Below, piece by piece: positions 16,894 through 26,569 of a stretch of DNA of 64,000 nucleotides. A program made the position numbers and the translations under genes. Positions within the stretch are counted from its first letter, which is position 1. Every line of letters begins with the position of its first letter. Under the pieces are notes generated by a model. That model saw nothing but the letters and a program-made list of their open reading frames with translations, did not search any database and was not told the origin of the DNA. The stretch is from the NCBI GenBank assembly GCA_963716175.1, contig OY970296.1:3360001-3424000 (forward strand). Reading direction: 5' to 3'. This DNA comes from an uncultured Armatimonadetes bacterium. Lineage in GTDB: Bacteria > Armatimonadota > Hebobacteria > Hebobacterales > Hebobacteraceae.

Positions 16894-19554
16894 ATGACTA
16901 GCCGCCAGCTGCGGCAGAGCTTCCTCGATTTCTTCGCGGGGCACGATCACCACGTGCTGCCAGGCTCGTCTCTGGACCCGGGCCCCCGAGACCGGACTAC
17001 ACTGTTCACCAGCGCGGGGATGCAGCAGTTCGTGCCCTGGTTCCGCGGCCTGGTGCCGGCCGCCTATCCCCGGGTGGTCACCTGCCAGAAGTGCTTGCGC
17101 GCCGATGACATCGAGAACGTCGGCCTCACCCCCTGGCACTGCACCTTCTTCGAGATGCTGGGCAACTTCTCATTCGGTGATTACTTCAAGGAAGGGGCCA
17201 TCGAATACGCCTGGGAGTATGTCACCAAGTGGCTGCAGATCCCCGCCTCGCACCTGTGGATCACGGTCTACCCCGAGGACGAGGAAGCTCCGGACATCTG
17301 GAGACGGGTGTCTGGCCTTCCCCGGGACCGTATCACCAATGACCCGACCAACTTCTGGGCCCTGGCGGCAACCGGGCCCTGCGGCCCAGATACGGAGATC
17401 CACTTCGACCGAGGCGCAGAGTTCGGCTGCGGCCGGCCGGACTGTGACCCGACTTGCAGTTGCTCCCGGTTCACCGAGCTCTGGAACCTGGTATTCCAGA
17501 CCCGCAACCGGACCGAGCAGGGCCAGCTCGAACCCCTCCCCACGCCAGGCATAGACACCGGCATGGGGTTCGAGCGCGTGGCCGCGGTGCTGCAGGAAGC
17601 GCCCTCAATCTACGAGACGGATTTGCTGGCGCCAATTGTGTCGGCGGTGACCGAGATCTCTGGCGGGCGTGGGAACGCCCGCCCTACAACATCGGATGAG
17701 CGCCAGAACCTCGCGGTGAAGGTGATCGCAGAGCACACGCGGGCGCTCGCTTTCCTGCTGGCTGATGGCTTCACGCCCTCGAACGAGGGCGCAGGGTACG
17801 TGGTGCGGCGGGTGCTGCGGCGCGCCTACCGGTTCGGTCGCACGCTAGGGCTGGAGGAGCCGTTTCTGTACCGCCTCGTGCCCTCCGTGATCGGAACTGT
17901 GGGCGACGTCTATCCCGAGCTGCGGACCACCCAAGAGCGGATCACGAGCTGGGTGCAGCAGGAGGAGAAGCAGTTCGAGGAGACGCTGGAGCGGAGCTAC
18001 GCGCCGCTGATGGCGGTGATCGAACGCGCCAAGCAGGCCGGAAGCAAGGTCTTGGCCGGTGAGGACGTTTTCAAGCTCTACGACACCTATGGGATGCCAA
18101 GGGAGCTGGCCGCGGAGATCGCGGCCGAGAATGGCCTGGAGCTGGACGAGGTCGGCTTCGCGCGGGCGATGGAGGAACAGCGACAGCGGGGGCGGGCCCA
18201 TGTCGAGCAGGAGTTCGGGGCCCAGGTGCGCGCCGGGTATCAGGGGTTCGTGGGCAAGACCGAGTTCGTGGGCTATGAGGCCACGACCGCGCCAGGTGTC
18301 GTGGTCGGCATCCTGCGCGGCGGGGAGGCCGTCGAGTCGCTCAAGAGCGGGGAAGAGGGCGAGGTCTTCCTCGATCGCACGCCGTTCTACGGCGAGGCCG
18401 GCGGACAGGTGGGCGACCGCGGGACCTTTGTAGGGCGGGCACGTCTCAGCATGCCCGGCGGAGGCGAGTTGGCCGCTGACGTTCTCGACACCTACTATCC
18501 TGTGGAGGGCGCACACGCGCACCGGGTGCGCGTGCAGCAGGGAGAAGTCCGGGTTGGGCGAGAGGTAGAGGCAGTGGTTGACCGCCCGCGCCGCCAGGCG
18601 ATTGCCCGCGCGCACACCGCCACTCATCTGCTGCACTTCGCGCTGAGACAGGTGCTGGGGCCGCACGCGCTGCAGTCCGGCTCTCTCGTGGAGGCGGATC
18701 GGCTGCGGTTCGACTTCGCCCACTTCGCCGCGCTCACGCCGGAGGAGAAGCAGCGGATAGAGGACGAAGTGAACCGGCTCGTGCTGGAGGACGATGTGCT
18801 CGGCGTGCGGCAGACCAGCATTGAGGAGGCGCGGGCCCAAGGCGCGGTGGCGCTCTTTGGCGAGAAGTACGGCGAGGTGGTGCGCCTGGTTCAGGTCGGC
18901 GACTACAGCAAGGAGCTATGCGGGGGTACGCACCTTGCCAGAACCGCGGCCATCGGCCTGTTCGCCATCACTAGTGAGGGCAGCATCGGGTCCGGGCTGC
19001 GCCGGATCGAGGCCGTGACCGGCAGGGAGGCGCAGGCGCTGGTGGTGCGGCAGAGGGAGATGCTGCTCGCGGCGGCGCACACCCTGGGGGCTCAGCCCGA
19101 GAAGGTGATCGAGCGAGCGGAGGCGCTGCAGGCCGAGCTGCGGCGCGCGCAGCGCGAGATCGCGCGGCTGCAGCAGAGGAGCGCGGGAGCGCTGGCCGGC
19201 AACCTGGTGAAGACCGCGGTCGAGGTGAACGGAGTCAAGCTGCTGACCGCAAGGGTGGAGTTGGCGCCGGAGGCATTGCGCAACCTGGCGGATGACCTCG
19301 TGAGACGCCTGGGGTCCGGGATCGTGGTGCTGGGGTCGGAGTTCGAGGGGCGGGCGCAGTTCGTGAGCGAGGTGTCACAGGACCTGATCCCGGCCGGCTT
19401 CCACGCCGGGAACCTGATCCGGGAGGTGGCGAAGGTGGCCGGTGGCGGTGGGGGAGGAAGGCCCGATTTCGCCCAGGCCGGGGGTAAGAACCCGGAGCGG
19501 CTGGATGAAGCGCTGGCCAAAGCGAGAGAGCTGGTTGCGGCCCGTACCAGGTAG
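16894..19554 (+). CDS. alaS: Alanyl-tRNA synthetase
   Basis: FTSAGMQQF, FFEMLGNFSFGDYFK, GPCGPDTEI, HTATHLLH, ELCGGTH and GGGGGRPDFAQAGG. Confidence 0.97.
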   Translation: MTSRQLRQSFLDFFAGHDHHVLPGSSLDPGPRDRTTLFTSAGMQQFVPWFRGLVPAAYPRVVTCQKCLRADDIENVGLTPWHCTFFEMLGNFSFGDYFKEGAIEYAWEYVTKWLQIPASHLWITVYPEDEEAPDIWRRVSGLPRDRITNDPTNFWALAATGPCGPDTEIHFDRGAEFGCGRPDCDPTCSCSRFTELWNLVFQTRNRTEQGQLEPLPTPGIDTGMGFERVAAVLQEAPSIYETDLLAPIVSAVTEISGGRGNARPTTSDERQNLAVKVIAEHTRALAFLLADGFTPSNEGAGYVVRRVLRRAYRFGRTLGLEEPFLYRLVPSVIGTVGDVYPELRTTQERITSWVQQEEKQFEETLERSYAPLMAVIERAKQAGSKVLAGEDVFKLYDTYGMPRELAAEIAAENGLELDEVGFARAMEEQRQRGRAHVEQEFGAQVRAGYQGFVGKTEFVGYEATTAPGVVVGILRGGEAVESLKSGEEGEVFLDRTPFYGEAGGQVGDRGTFVGRARLSMPGGGELAADVLDTYYPVEGAHAHRVRVQQGEVRVGREVEAVVDRPRRQAIARAHTATHLLHFALRQVLGPHALQSGSLVEADRLRFDFAHFAALTPEEKQRIEDEVNRLVLEDDVLGVRQTSIEEARAQGAVALFGEKYGEVVRLVQVGDYSKELCGGTHLARTAAIGLFAITSEGSIGSGLRRIEAVTGREAQALVVRQREMLLAAAHTLGAQPEKVIERAEALQAELRRAQREIARLQQRSAGALAGNLVKTAVEVNGVKLLTARVELAPEALRNLADDLVRRLGSGIVVLGSEFEGRAQFVSEVSQDLIPAGFHAGNLIREVAKVAGGGGGGRPDFAQAGGKNPERLDEALAKARELVAARTR
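17662..17688. repeat. Perfect REP-like palindrome in frame inside alaS
   Basis: GGCGGGCGT-GGGA-ACGCCCGCC-CTACA; encodes GGRGNARPT. Confidence 0.85.
18429..18459. repeat. REP-like palindrome, GTAG-first orientation, in frame inside alaS
   Basis: TGTAG-GGCGGGCACG-TCTCAG-CATGCCCGGC; encodes VGRARLSMPG. Confidence 0.75.
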
Positions 19555-21705
19555 ACGGTGGGGCTGCCTCCAGTTGGCGGCATCGGTCGCGCTGGCGCTG
19601 TCCGTAGTATCTCCGATCTCCGCGGCCCCCCCGCGCGCCGAGGACGTGCCTCGCTATGCTCGCCGGCGCGTGTACGGGGAGAGACCGGGGCCGCGGATGC
19701 TGATCGTCACCCTGGCCGGCGCCACTTGGTCTGATTTCCGCAGCTCGGCCATGCCCAATCTGGGCCGCGTCATCCAGCGGGGCGATGTTGGCCTGATGCC
19801 GGTTGCCAGTCTCTCAGACCCCGACCGGTATCGCACGTACGTTGCCCTGGGTGCGGGGCGCGAGGCCGCGGGGAGCGCGGCTGCCGGGCGGGCCAGGAGA
19901 TTGCCCGACGGCTCCCTCGAAGTGGACGTGGCAGCGATCGCCGGCGCTAATCGGCAAGCCAGAACCGGTGCCACGCCTGGAGTGCTTGGCAGCCAATGGC
20001 ACGATCACGGCCTGACTACGGCGGTGGTTGTCGCCCAGGCGCTTCCCAACGGAGTCGAGACGCCACTTCCCGAGGCCGCGATGGTGATGGACGAGGCCGG
20101 GAGGGTGGATGGCTGGTCGGTGGCAACGGTGATGCCCAATGAGGCGGCCACGGAGCTAGACCGCGCAGCCATCAGGCGCACAGTGGACTCCGCCCTGACT
20201 CAGTACGATGTCGTCGTGCTGGACCTGAGTGGCACCAACAAGAGCGAGGCTCACGGCCGGGTCGGTTCTCCCACTAGCATTGACCGTTACGTCGAGAGGC
20301 GAGAGTGGTATCGCGCCGCCGATGGGATCATCGCCGACGCCGCGGCCGCCATCGCCAAGTACGACGGTCTGCTGGCCGTGCTTGGGCCCGCTGCGCCCGC
20401 CTACTCGGCGCCCTTCCGGAATCGGTCTCTAGGCCCAGTCGTCCTCTACGACAGCTCGCGCAAGGAGCCGGGCGGGCTGCTGTATTCAGTACGCACGCGC
20501 TGGCCGGGGATCGTGACCGCCTCCGATTTCGCTCCCACGGTGCTGGCCTGGTGGCAGATCGAAGGCGCGGGCACGCCGCTGCAGACCAGGCCCGGCGGGC
20601 CTGAGAAGCTGGACCGGCTGGATAGGATGATCGCTGACCGCTATCGTCTCCGGGTCCCGATGGCAGCGGGGTACGGGCTCTATGGGGGGCTGGCCGCGCT
20701 GCTGGGTCTGGCCCTGGCGACACGTCCGCGGCGCTCTAGGGTCGCAGGTGGAGTCGCACTGGGCGTGACACTGGTGCCGCTGGGGCTGGTGATCGCCGCC
20801 CCGATTCCGCCGGGCCAGGACGCCCTCTACCTGCTCGCGTCCGCGGTGATTGCAGTCGGGCTGGGACTGATCGCGGCCTCTGCGACTCGCTCGCCGGCCG
20901 AGGGGCTGGCCGTAGCCTATCTGGTGGGAGCCGCGGTTATCGTCTCGGATGTTCTCCACGGCTCGCCGTTGATGCGGAAGTCCGCGCTCGAGATGGGGCT
21001 GATGATGGGATCCCGGTTCTACGGGATTGGGAACGAGTATATGGGAGCGCTGGTGGGGATGACGGTCATCGGGCTGGGCGCGTGGCTTCAGATGGCGCGG
21101 CGGAGCGGAAAGCTGGTGGCCCTGGTCGGCGCGTTTGTGGTGCTGGTGATCGGGGCCCCGTTCTGGGGCGCGAACTGGGGCGGGTCGGTCACCGCGGCCA
21201 CCGGGATGGTGGCGCTGTGGCTGCTCAGCACGCCTCGCAATACGTGGCGGCAGGTCTTGGGCGGGGCGACCCTGTTGCTGTTGAGCGTGGCGCTGCCGGC
21301 CGCCTTGGACATGATCGCACCGCCGTCGGAGCGCTCTCACATCGGGGCCGCGGCCGGTGCACTGCTCGCAGGCCATGCCGGGAGCCTCGCCGAGACCGTG
21401 GCGCGAAAGGCCGGCCTCGCGCTGCAGGTAGTCAAGACAGTTCCATGGAGCCTGGCGGGCGCGCCGCTGGCGGCGGCGGTGTTCTGGCTGCAGTTGCGCG
21501 CGGGGGGCCGGCACGACGAGCGCTGGGGGCGCAGCGGGCCCTCGCTGCCGGGATCTGGGCGGCGCTGATCGCCGGAGTGGTGGCGATGGTGGTGAACGAT
21601 TCGGGCCCCGGGGCCGGGTTTGGGGCGGTACTGGCAGCGATGGGTGCGGTAGTGTTCCTGGCGGCGCGCGGCCAGAGGTGGCAACGTGATCGCGTTGGGC
21701 ATTGA
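19535..21705 (+). CDS. Multi-pass membrane protein with N-terminal alkaline-phosphatase-like domain; one apparent frameshift at the G-run 21502-21507
   Basis: RFYGIGNEY, GANWGG and SHIG in one frame; the TM segment and VNDSG motif continue in the adjacent frame after the G6 run. Start codon uncertain. Confidence 0.7.
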
Positions 21706-22087
21706 TCTGGGAGAGCGGCGAATCGGCATCGCGGTCAGTGACGCACTGGGGATGGCCCATCCCGTGATCGTGATCGAGCATAGCTCGCTGCGGGGGGATA
21801 TCGCCCGGGTGGCAGACCTGGCGGCGAAGAGGAAGGCAGGGATGATCGTGGTTGGCCTGCCGTTGAGCATGGACGGATCGTGGGGGCCAATGACGCGGAG
21901 GGCGAGGCGCTTCGCCAATGCCCTCAGGCGCGCATTGGGGATAGCGGTGGAAATGTGGGATGAGAGGTTGACTACGATAGAGGCGGAATCTCGGATGAAG
22001 GGCGCGGGCCGGCGGCGCGAGGAGATGGATAAGATGGCAGCGGCGGTGATGCTGCAGAGCTACCTGGACGCGCACCGGCAGGCTTAG
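21686..22087 (+). CDS. ruvX: Pre-16S rRNA nuclease / Holliday junction resolvase-like YqgF
   Basis: GIDLGERRIGIAVSD, VGLP, WDERLTT and DKMAAAVMLQSYL. Confidence 0.93.
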   Translation: MIALGIDLGERRIGIAVSDALGMAHPVIVIEHSSLRGDIARVADLAAKRKAGMIVVGLPLSMDGSWGPMTRRARRFANALRRALGIAVEMWDERLTTIEAESRMKGAGRRREEMDKMAAAVMLQSYLDAHRQA

Positions 22088-22091
22088 CGCG

Positions 22092-23126
22092 ATGAGAGGG
22101 AGGCGCGGGAGAGTTGAGCCGCTGCGGCTGGTGAGCCGGCTGCTCGCGTCCGCGGCGGCGGCGCTGCTGATGGCGGCAGTGGGCTGGGTGCTGCTGGCGC
22201 CGGTGGGCAAGGGGCAACCTCAACTGGTGGTGGTGGCGCCGGGGGAATCGGTCTCGGAGACGGCCTCTCAACTGGGCCAGCAGGGGCTGATTCGCAGCCC
22301 CAGGGTGTTCGCGGCGGCCGCTTATGTGACGGGCAAATGGCGGCGCATTCAGGCCGGGCGCTACGACCTGACTCCCGGCATGAGCGCGATGGAGATGCTG
22401 GACGCGCTCTGCCGGGGCACCCGCAAGGCCTGGCAGTGGGTGACCGTCCCGGAGGGATACACCCTCAGGCAGATCGCGCAGGAGCTAGAGAAGCAGGGGC
22501 TGGTTTCGGCGGCAGAGTTCATCGGCGAGGCGGAGCAGGGGCAAGATCCGGACCCTCGGTTTGCGCATCCCGCGGGGAGCCTGGAAGGCTACCTGTTCCC
22601 GGACACCTACCGCGTGGATGTAGGGGAGACCGCGGCCGACATCGCGGGGCAGATGCTGCGCCGGTTCGGCCAGGTGGTCGCGCAGGGCATGTTTCATAGC
22701 AAGCCGACCTATGGAGATCGCAGCTTGCGGGAGATCGTGATCCTGGCCTCCCTGGTGGAGGCGGAGGCGAAGAGAGAGAAGGAGCGGCCGCTGATCGCGG
22801 GAGTGCTGATGAATCGGCTGCGGCGAGGCATGAAGCTGGAGTGTGATGCTACGGTGCAGTTCGCGCTGGGAGACGGCCGCAAGTCCCGGCTGACGCACGA
22901 GGACCTGCTGATCGACAGCGAGTACAATACCTACCGGCATCCCGGTCTGCCCCCCGGACCGATCTGCAACCCGGGAGAGGCCAGCCTCCGCGCGGCGATG
23001 GATCCCGCCAGGGTGCGCTATCTCTACTACGTGGCGCGCGATGATGGGTCCCATGTGTTCAGCGAGACCTTCGCGCAACACCAGGCCGCGATCGTGCGGG
23101 TGCGCAGGGGAGATCAAGGGCAGTGA
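22092..23126 (+). CDS. mltG: Endolytic transglycosylase MltG
   Basis: TVPEGY, LEGYLFPDTY, ASLVEAEA and YNTYRHPGLPPGPICNPG. Confidence 0.94.
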   Translation: MRGRRGRVEPLRLVSRLLASAAAALLMAAVGWVLLAPVGKGQPQLVVVAPGESVSETASQLGQQGLIRSPRVFAAAAYVTGKWRRIQAGRYDLTPGMSAMEMLDALCRGTRKAWQWVTVPEGYTLRQIAQELEKQGLVSAAEFIGEAEQGQDPDPRFAHPAGSLEGYLFPDTYRVDVGETAADIAGQMLRRFGQVVAQGMFHSKPTYGDRSLREIVILASLVEAEAKREKERPLIAGVLMNRLRRGMKLECDATVQFALGDGRKSRLTHEDLLIDSEYNTYRHPGLPPGPICNPGEASLRAAMDPARVRYLYYVARDDGSHVFSETFAQHQAAIVRVRRGDQGQ

Positions 23127-23968
23127 CCCAGTGGCCCACGAGAACCGGACCGCCCGCGGCTCCTCCCAGCAGGGAGATGTGGCCCACCCACCGGCGGCCG
23201 CGCCGCGCCCTGATGCCGCAAGTGCTGCAGCTCATCGCCATCCTGGTGTTCCTGGTAGCCGCTTACGAGCTCGCGGTGTGGGGCTGGGAGAGGACAGCGC
23301 CCAGGGAGGTGAACGTGCCGCGCATCGTTGGCCTCCAGCAGAAGGAGGCGATGTTGCTGCTCGACGGCGCGGGGCTGACCGGGGAGGTGATCGCCGAGAA
23401 GGCGAGCGAGAAGGCGAAGGAGGGGGTGGTGCTGTCGGCCGAGCCTGGGCCGGGCAGGAGTGTGAAGGCCGGGCGGATCGTGCGCCTCACCGTGAGTTCG
23501 GGATCGCGCTGGGCGAAGGTGCCCGATGTCAGCGACATGTCAGTGGATCGCGCGCGGGCGCTGCTGCGAGAGGCGAAGTTGGTGGTCCGCCGGGAGAAGG
23601 CGCGCTATCATCCCAAGGTGCCGGTGGGATACGTGCTGGGGCAGCAGCCCGCGCCGGGCGAGAGAGTGCCGCGGGGGACGGAGGTGGATCTGGTGGTGAG
23701 CAAGGGCCCGCAGCCCGAGACGGAGGTGGCGGAGGAAAGGCCCGCCGACGAAGGGGTGCGAAGCACCGACATTGAGCTGACTGTGCCCCCGGGCGCCAGC
23801 CTTCAGGAAGTGAGGATCGTAGTGGTGGATAAGGGGGGCGAGCACGTGGTGCTCCGGGAGTATCGCCAGCCTGGGGAGAAGGTGACGCAGACGGTCTCGG
23901 GCGAGGGGCCCAGTGTGGTGGTGCGAGTCTACCTCAGCGGCCTGCTGGTGCAAGAGAAGACGATCTGA
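23123..23968 (+). CDS. Membrane-anchored protein with two PASTA domains
   Basis: TM helix followed by two VP.....P.PG..V.....V.L.VS.G repeats. Confidence 0.82.
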   Translation: MTQWPTRTGPPAAPPSREMWPTHRRPRRALMPQVLQLIAILVFLVAAYELAVWGWERTAPREVNVPRIVGLQQKEAMLLLDGAGLTGEVIAEKASEKAKEGVVLSAEPGPGRSVKAGRIVRLTVSSGSRWAKVPDVSDMSVDRARALLREAKLVVRREKARYHPKVPVGYVLGQQPAPGERVPRGTEVDLVVSKGPQPETEVAEERPADEGVRSTDIELTVPPGASLQEVRIVVVDKGGEHVVLREYRQPGEKVTQTVSGEGPSVVVRVYLSGLLVQEKTI

Positions 23969-24032
23969 GGTCCGGCAACAGCCCCGCCCCTGCTGTGTGG
24001 GGGTAGGCTGCGAGCGTGGCACGCGGGAGACC

Positions 24033-26192
24033 ATGGCCAGCTATCGCATCGGGATTGATGTCGGCGGCACCTTCACTCATGCGGTGGCGCTGGAGGCGGC
24101 GAGCTTCGGGCTCGCCGCCCAAGTTAAGGTCCCCACCACACACCGCGCGGCGCGGGGCGTGGCCGAGGGTGTGATCCAGGCGCTGCGCTTGCTGCTGGAT
24201 GAGTCCAGGATCTCCCCGGCCGATATCAGCTTCCTCGCCTACAGCACGACGCAGATCACGAACGCCCTGCTGGAGGGCGATGTGGCGCCTGTGGGCATTA
24301 TTGCCCTGGGATCGGGGCTGGAGGGCAGACGCGCCGCGGGGGAGACACGCGTCGGCGACCTGGAGCTGGCGCCGGGCCGGCGGCTGCGAACAGCCCACAC
24401 TTATCTCGACCGCGATAAGCTGGACGAGAGCTTGGTCCGGGCGGCGATCTCAGAGGTGAGCAGCCAAGGCGCAGCGGCAATCGTGGCGGCGGAAGCGTTC
24501 TCGGTGGATGATCCCTCGCGGGAGCAGTTGGTGATGGGTGCGGCGCGCGCCGCGGGTCTGCCGGCCACCGGCACTCATGAGATCTCGGGTCTGTACGGCC
24601 TAAGGGTGCGCACTCGCACTGCGGTGATCAACGCCAGCTTGCTGCCTGAGAGCATTGCCACGGCCGACCTGACGGAAATGGCCGCCCGAGAGGCCGGCAT
24701 TACCGCGCCCTTGATGGTGGTGAGAAGCGATGGCGGGGTGATGACGATTGGCGATATGCGGCGGCGGCCCTTGCTGACATTGCTGTCCGGACCGGCGGCG
24801 GGGGTGGCGGCGGCGCTGATGTACGTGCGGGTGAGCGATGGTATCTTCCTGGAGGTGGGTGGCACCAGCACGGACATCACCGCGATTCAGCACGGGAGAG
24901 CACTGCTGCGCACGGCCGAGGTGGGAGGGCACCGGCTGTTCCTGCGGACACTGGATGTGCGCACCATCGGCGTGGCGGGCGGCTCCATGCCCCGGGTGCA
25001 TGCGGGTGCGGTGGCGGAGGTGGGCCCTCGCAGCGCGCATCTGGCCGGGCTGCGGTATGCCTGCTTCGGCAGGCCCGAAGAGCTGGCCCGAGGTGGAGAG
25101 CTGCGGGCTGTGCTGCTGTCTCCGGTGGAGGGCGATCCACCCGATTACGCCGCGCTCGAGAATGGGGCCGGCGAGCGCGCGGCGGCCACGCTGACCTGCG
25201 CCGCGAACGCGGCCGGGCGAGTGCCGGAGGGGGATTGGGCGCGGGGCGACGCGCAGTCCGCGCAGATGGCGCTGGCCGCGCTGGGAAAACTCGTGGGCGA
25301 GACCGGAGAGCAGGCCGCGCAATCGGTGATGGAGGTAGCGGCGGCGAAAGCGGCGCGCACAGTGGAGGCACTGCTGGCCGACCGCGGGATGAGCCGGGAC
25401 ACCACCTGGCTGGTGGCGGGTGGCGGCGGGGCCAGCGCGCTGGTTCCGGCGCTAGGGAAGGGGCTCGGTTTGCCGGTTCGCCTGGCCGCGAACGCGGCAG
25501 TGGTCTCGGCGATAGGGACGGCGCTGGCGATGGTGCGGGAGGTAGTAGAACGGACCGTGCCGCAGGCGGGGGAGGTGGAGGTGCTGCAGATCAGGCGGGA
25601 GGCCGCGGAGGGGGCGGTGCGGGCCGGCGCCGACCCGGACAGCGTGACCGTAGAGGTCGAATACGATGCTCGCACTGCGGTGCTGCGTGCGGTTGCCACC
25701 GGTCAGACGGAGCTGCGAGAGCGTGACCTCGCCCAGGCCGCGGCGAGCGACGAGGAACGGCTGGCCGCGGCGGCGAATTCAATGCGGCTCGAGCCAGGTG
25801 AAGTGGAAGTGGTGGCGGACAGCGGCCTGCTGCGCGCCTATCATGGTCGGAGAGAGCGCAAGCGGTTGCTCGGGTTGCTGAAACGGCACGATCGACGGCT
25901 CGCGCTGGTAGACGAGCAAGGAGTGGTGCGGCTGGTGCTGTCGGGAGCGACGGCGCGGGTTTGCGAAGCCGGCACCGGCCGAGAGGCCATCGCCGAGGCG
26001 CTGGAGGAGCATACCAGGTACGGCGATGCAGGAGCGGAGCTGCCGCGGCTCTTCCTGGGAGTGCGGGGCCGCGTGGTCAACCTGTCCGGCCTGGTCAGCG
26101 CGGCCCAGGTGCTGGCGCTTGCTCAGGCAGAGACCGCCAGTCTGGCGCAGGACGAGCAGGTGATGGTGGTGGCGGCGGCGCGGGGGCGCTGA
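24033..26192 (+). CDS. Hydantoinase/oxoprolinase family protein (A subunit-like)
   Basis: IGIDVGGTFT, RTRTAVINAS, LLSGPAAG and EVGGTSTD. Confidence 0.85.
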   Translation: MASYRIGIDVGGTFTHAVALEAASFGLAAQVKVPTTHRAARGVAEGVIQALRLLLDESRISPADISFLAYSTTQITNALLEGDVAPVGIIALGSGLEGRRAAGETRVGDLELAPGRRLRTAHTYLDRDKLDESLVRAAISEVSSQGAAAIVAAEAFSVDDPSREQLVMGAARAAGLPATGTHEISGLYGLRVRTRTAVINASLLPESIATADLTEMAAREAGITAPLMVVRSDGGVMTIGDMRRRPLLTLLSGPAAGVAAALMYVRVSDGIFLEVGGTSTDITAIQHGRALLRTAEVGGHRLFLRTLDVRTIGVAGGSMPRVHAGAVAEVGPRSAHLAGLRYACFGRPEELARGGELRAVLLSPVEGDPPDYAALENGAGERAAATLTCAANAAGRVPEGDWARGDAQSAQMALAALGKLVGETGEQAAQSVMEVAAAKAARTVEALLADRGMSRDTTWLVAGGGGASALVPALGKGLGLPVRLAANAAVVSAIGTALAMVREVVERTVPQAGEVEVLQIRREAAEGAVRAGADPDSVTVEVEYDARTAVLRAVATGQTELRERDLAQAAASDEERLAAAANSMRLEPGEVEVVADSGLLRAYHGRRERKRLLGLLKRHDRRLALVDEQGVVRLVLSGATARVCEAGTGREAIAEALEEHTRYGDAGAELPRLFLGVRGRVVNLSGLVSAAQVLALAQAETASLAQDEQVMVVAAARGR

Positions 26193-26207
26193 CCGCAAGG
26201 CCGAAGC

Positions 26208-26234
26208 GGCGGGCATGGGTAGGCCCGCCCTACA
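26208..26234. repeat. Intergenic REP-like palindrome
   Basis: GGCGGGCATGGGTAGGCCCGCCCTACA. Confidence 0.8.
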
Positions 26235-26247
26235 GGTGGAGGGGATC

Positions 26248-26544
26248 ATGGAGCCGGTGCGCTTGACAAAGGATGAATGGGACGACCTGGAGCCGCGGCT
26301 GGCGGAGGCGGAGCGCGTGGCGCACGAGCGCTACCTGCAGAGCCCGGAGACGCGGGCACTGGTGGGGGACAGCGATAAGACGCCCGGCTATCTGCTGCTG
26401 CAGCGGCTGAAGGCGCTCAAGGACAACGAGGCGGTGAAGCTGTTCCGGGCGGTGGAGATGTACCATCACGAGCTGACCCGGGCGGACATCGCGGCCGCCT
26501 TCGCGCGAGGCCGGGAGATTGGAGAGGGGAGAGGTGAGGGGTGA
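26248..26544 (+). CDS. Small hypothetical protein
   Basis: GGAGG RBS and host-like codon usage; fills the gap between the hydantoinase gene and proS. Confidence 0.6.
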   Translation: MEPVRLTKDEWDDLEPRLAEAERVAHERYLQSPETRALVGDSDKTPGYLLLQRLKALKDNEAVKLFRAVEMYHHELTRADIAAAFARGREIGEGRGEG

Positions 26545-26566
26545 AAGGTGAGCGAGAGGGGAGAGC
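26521..26566. repeat. Purine-rich heptamer array (GGAGAGG/TGAGGGG/TGAAAGG) spanning the stop codon
   Basis: About six units. Confidence 0.6.
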
Positions 26567-26569
26567 GCG

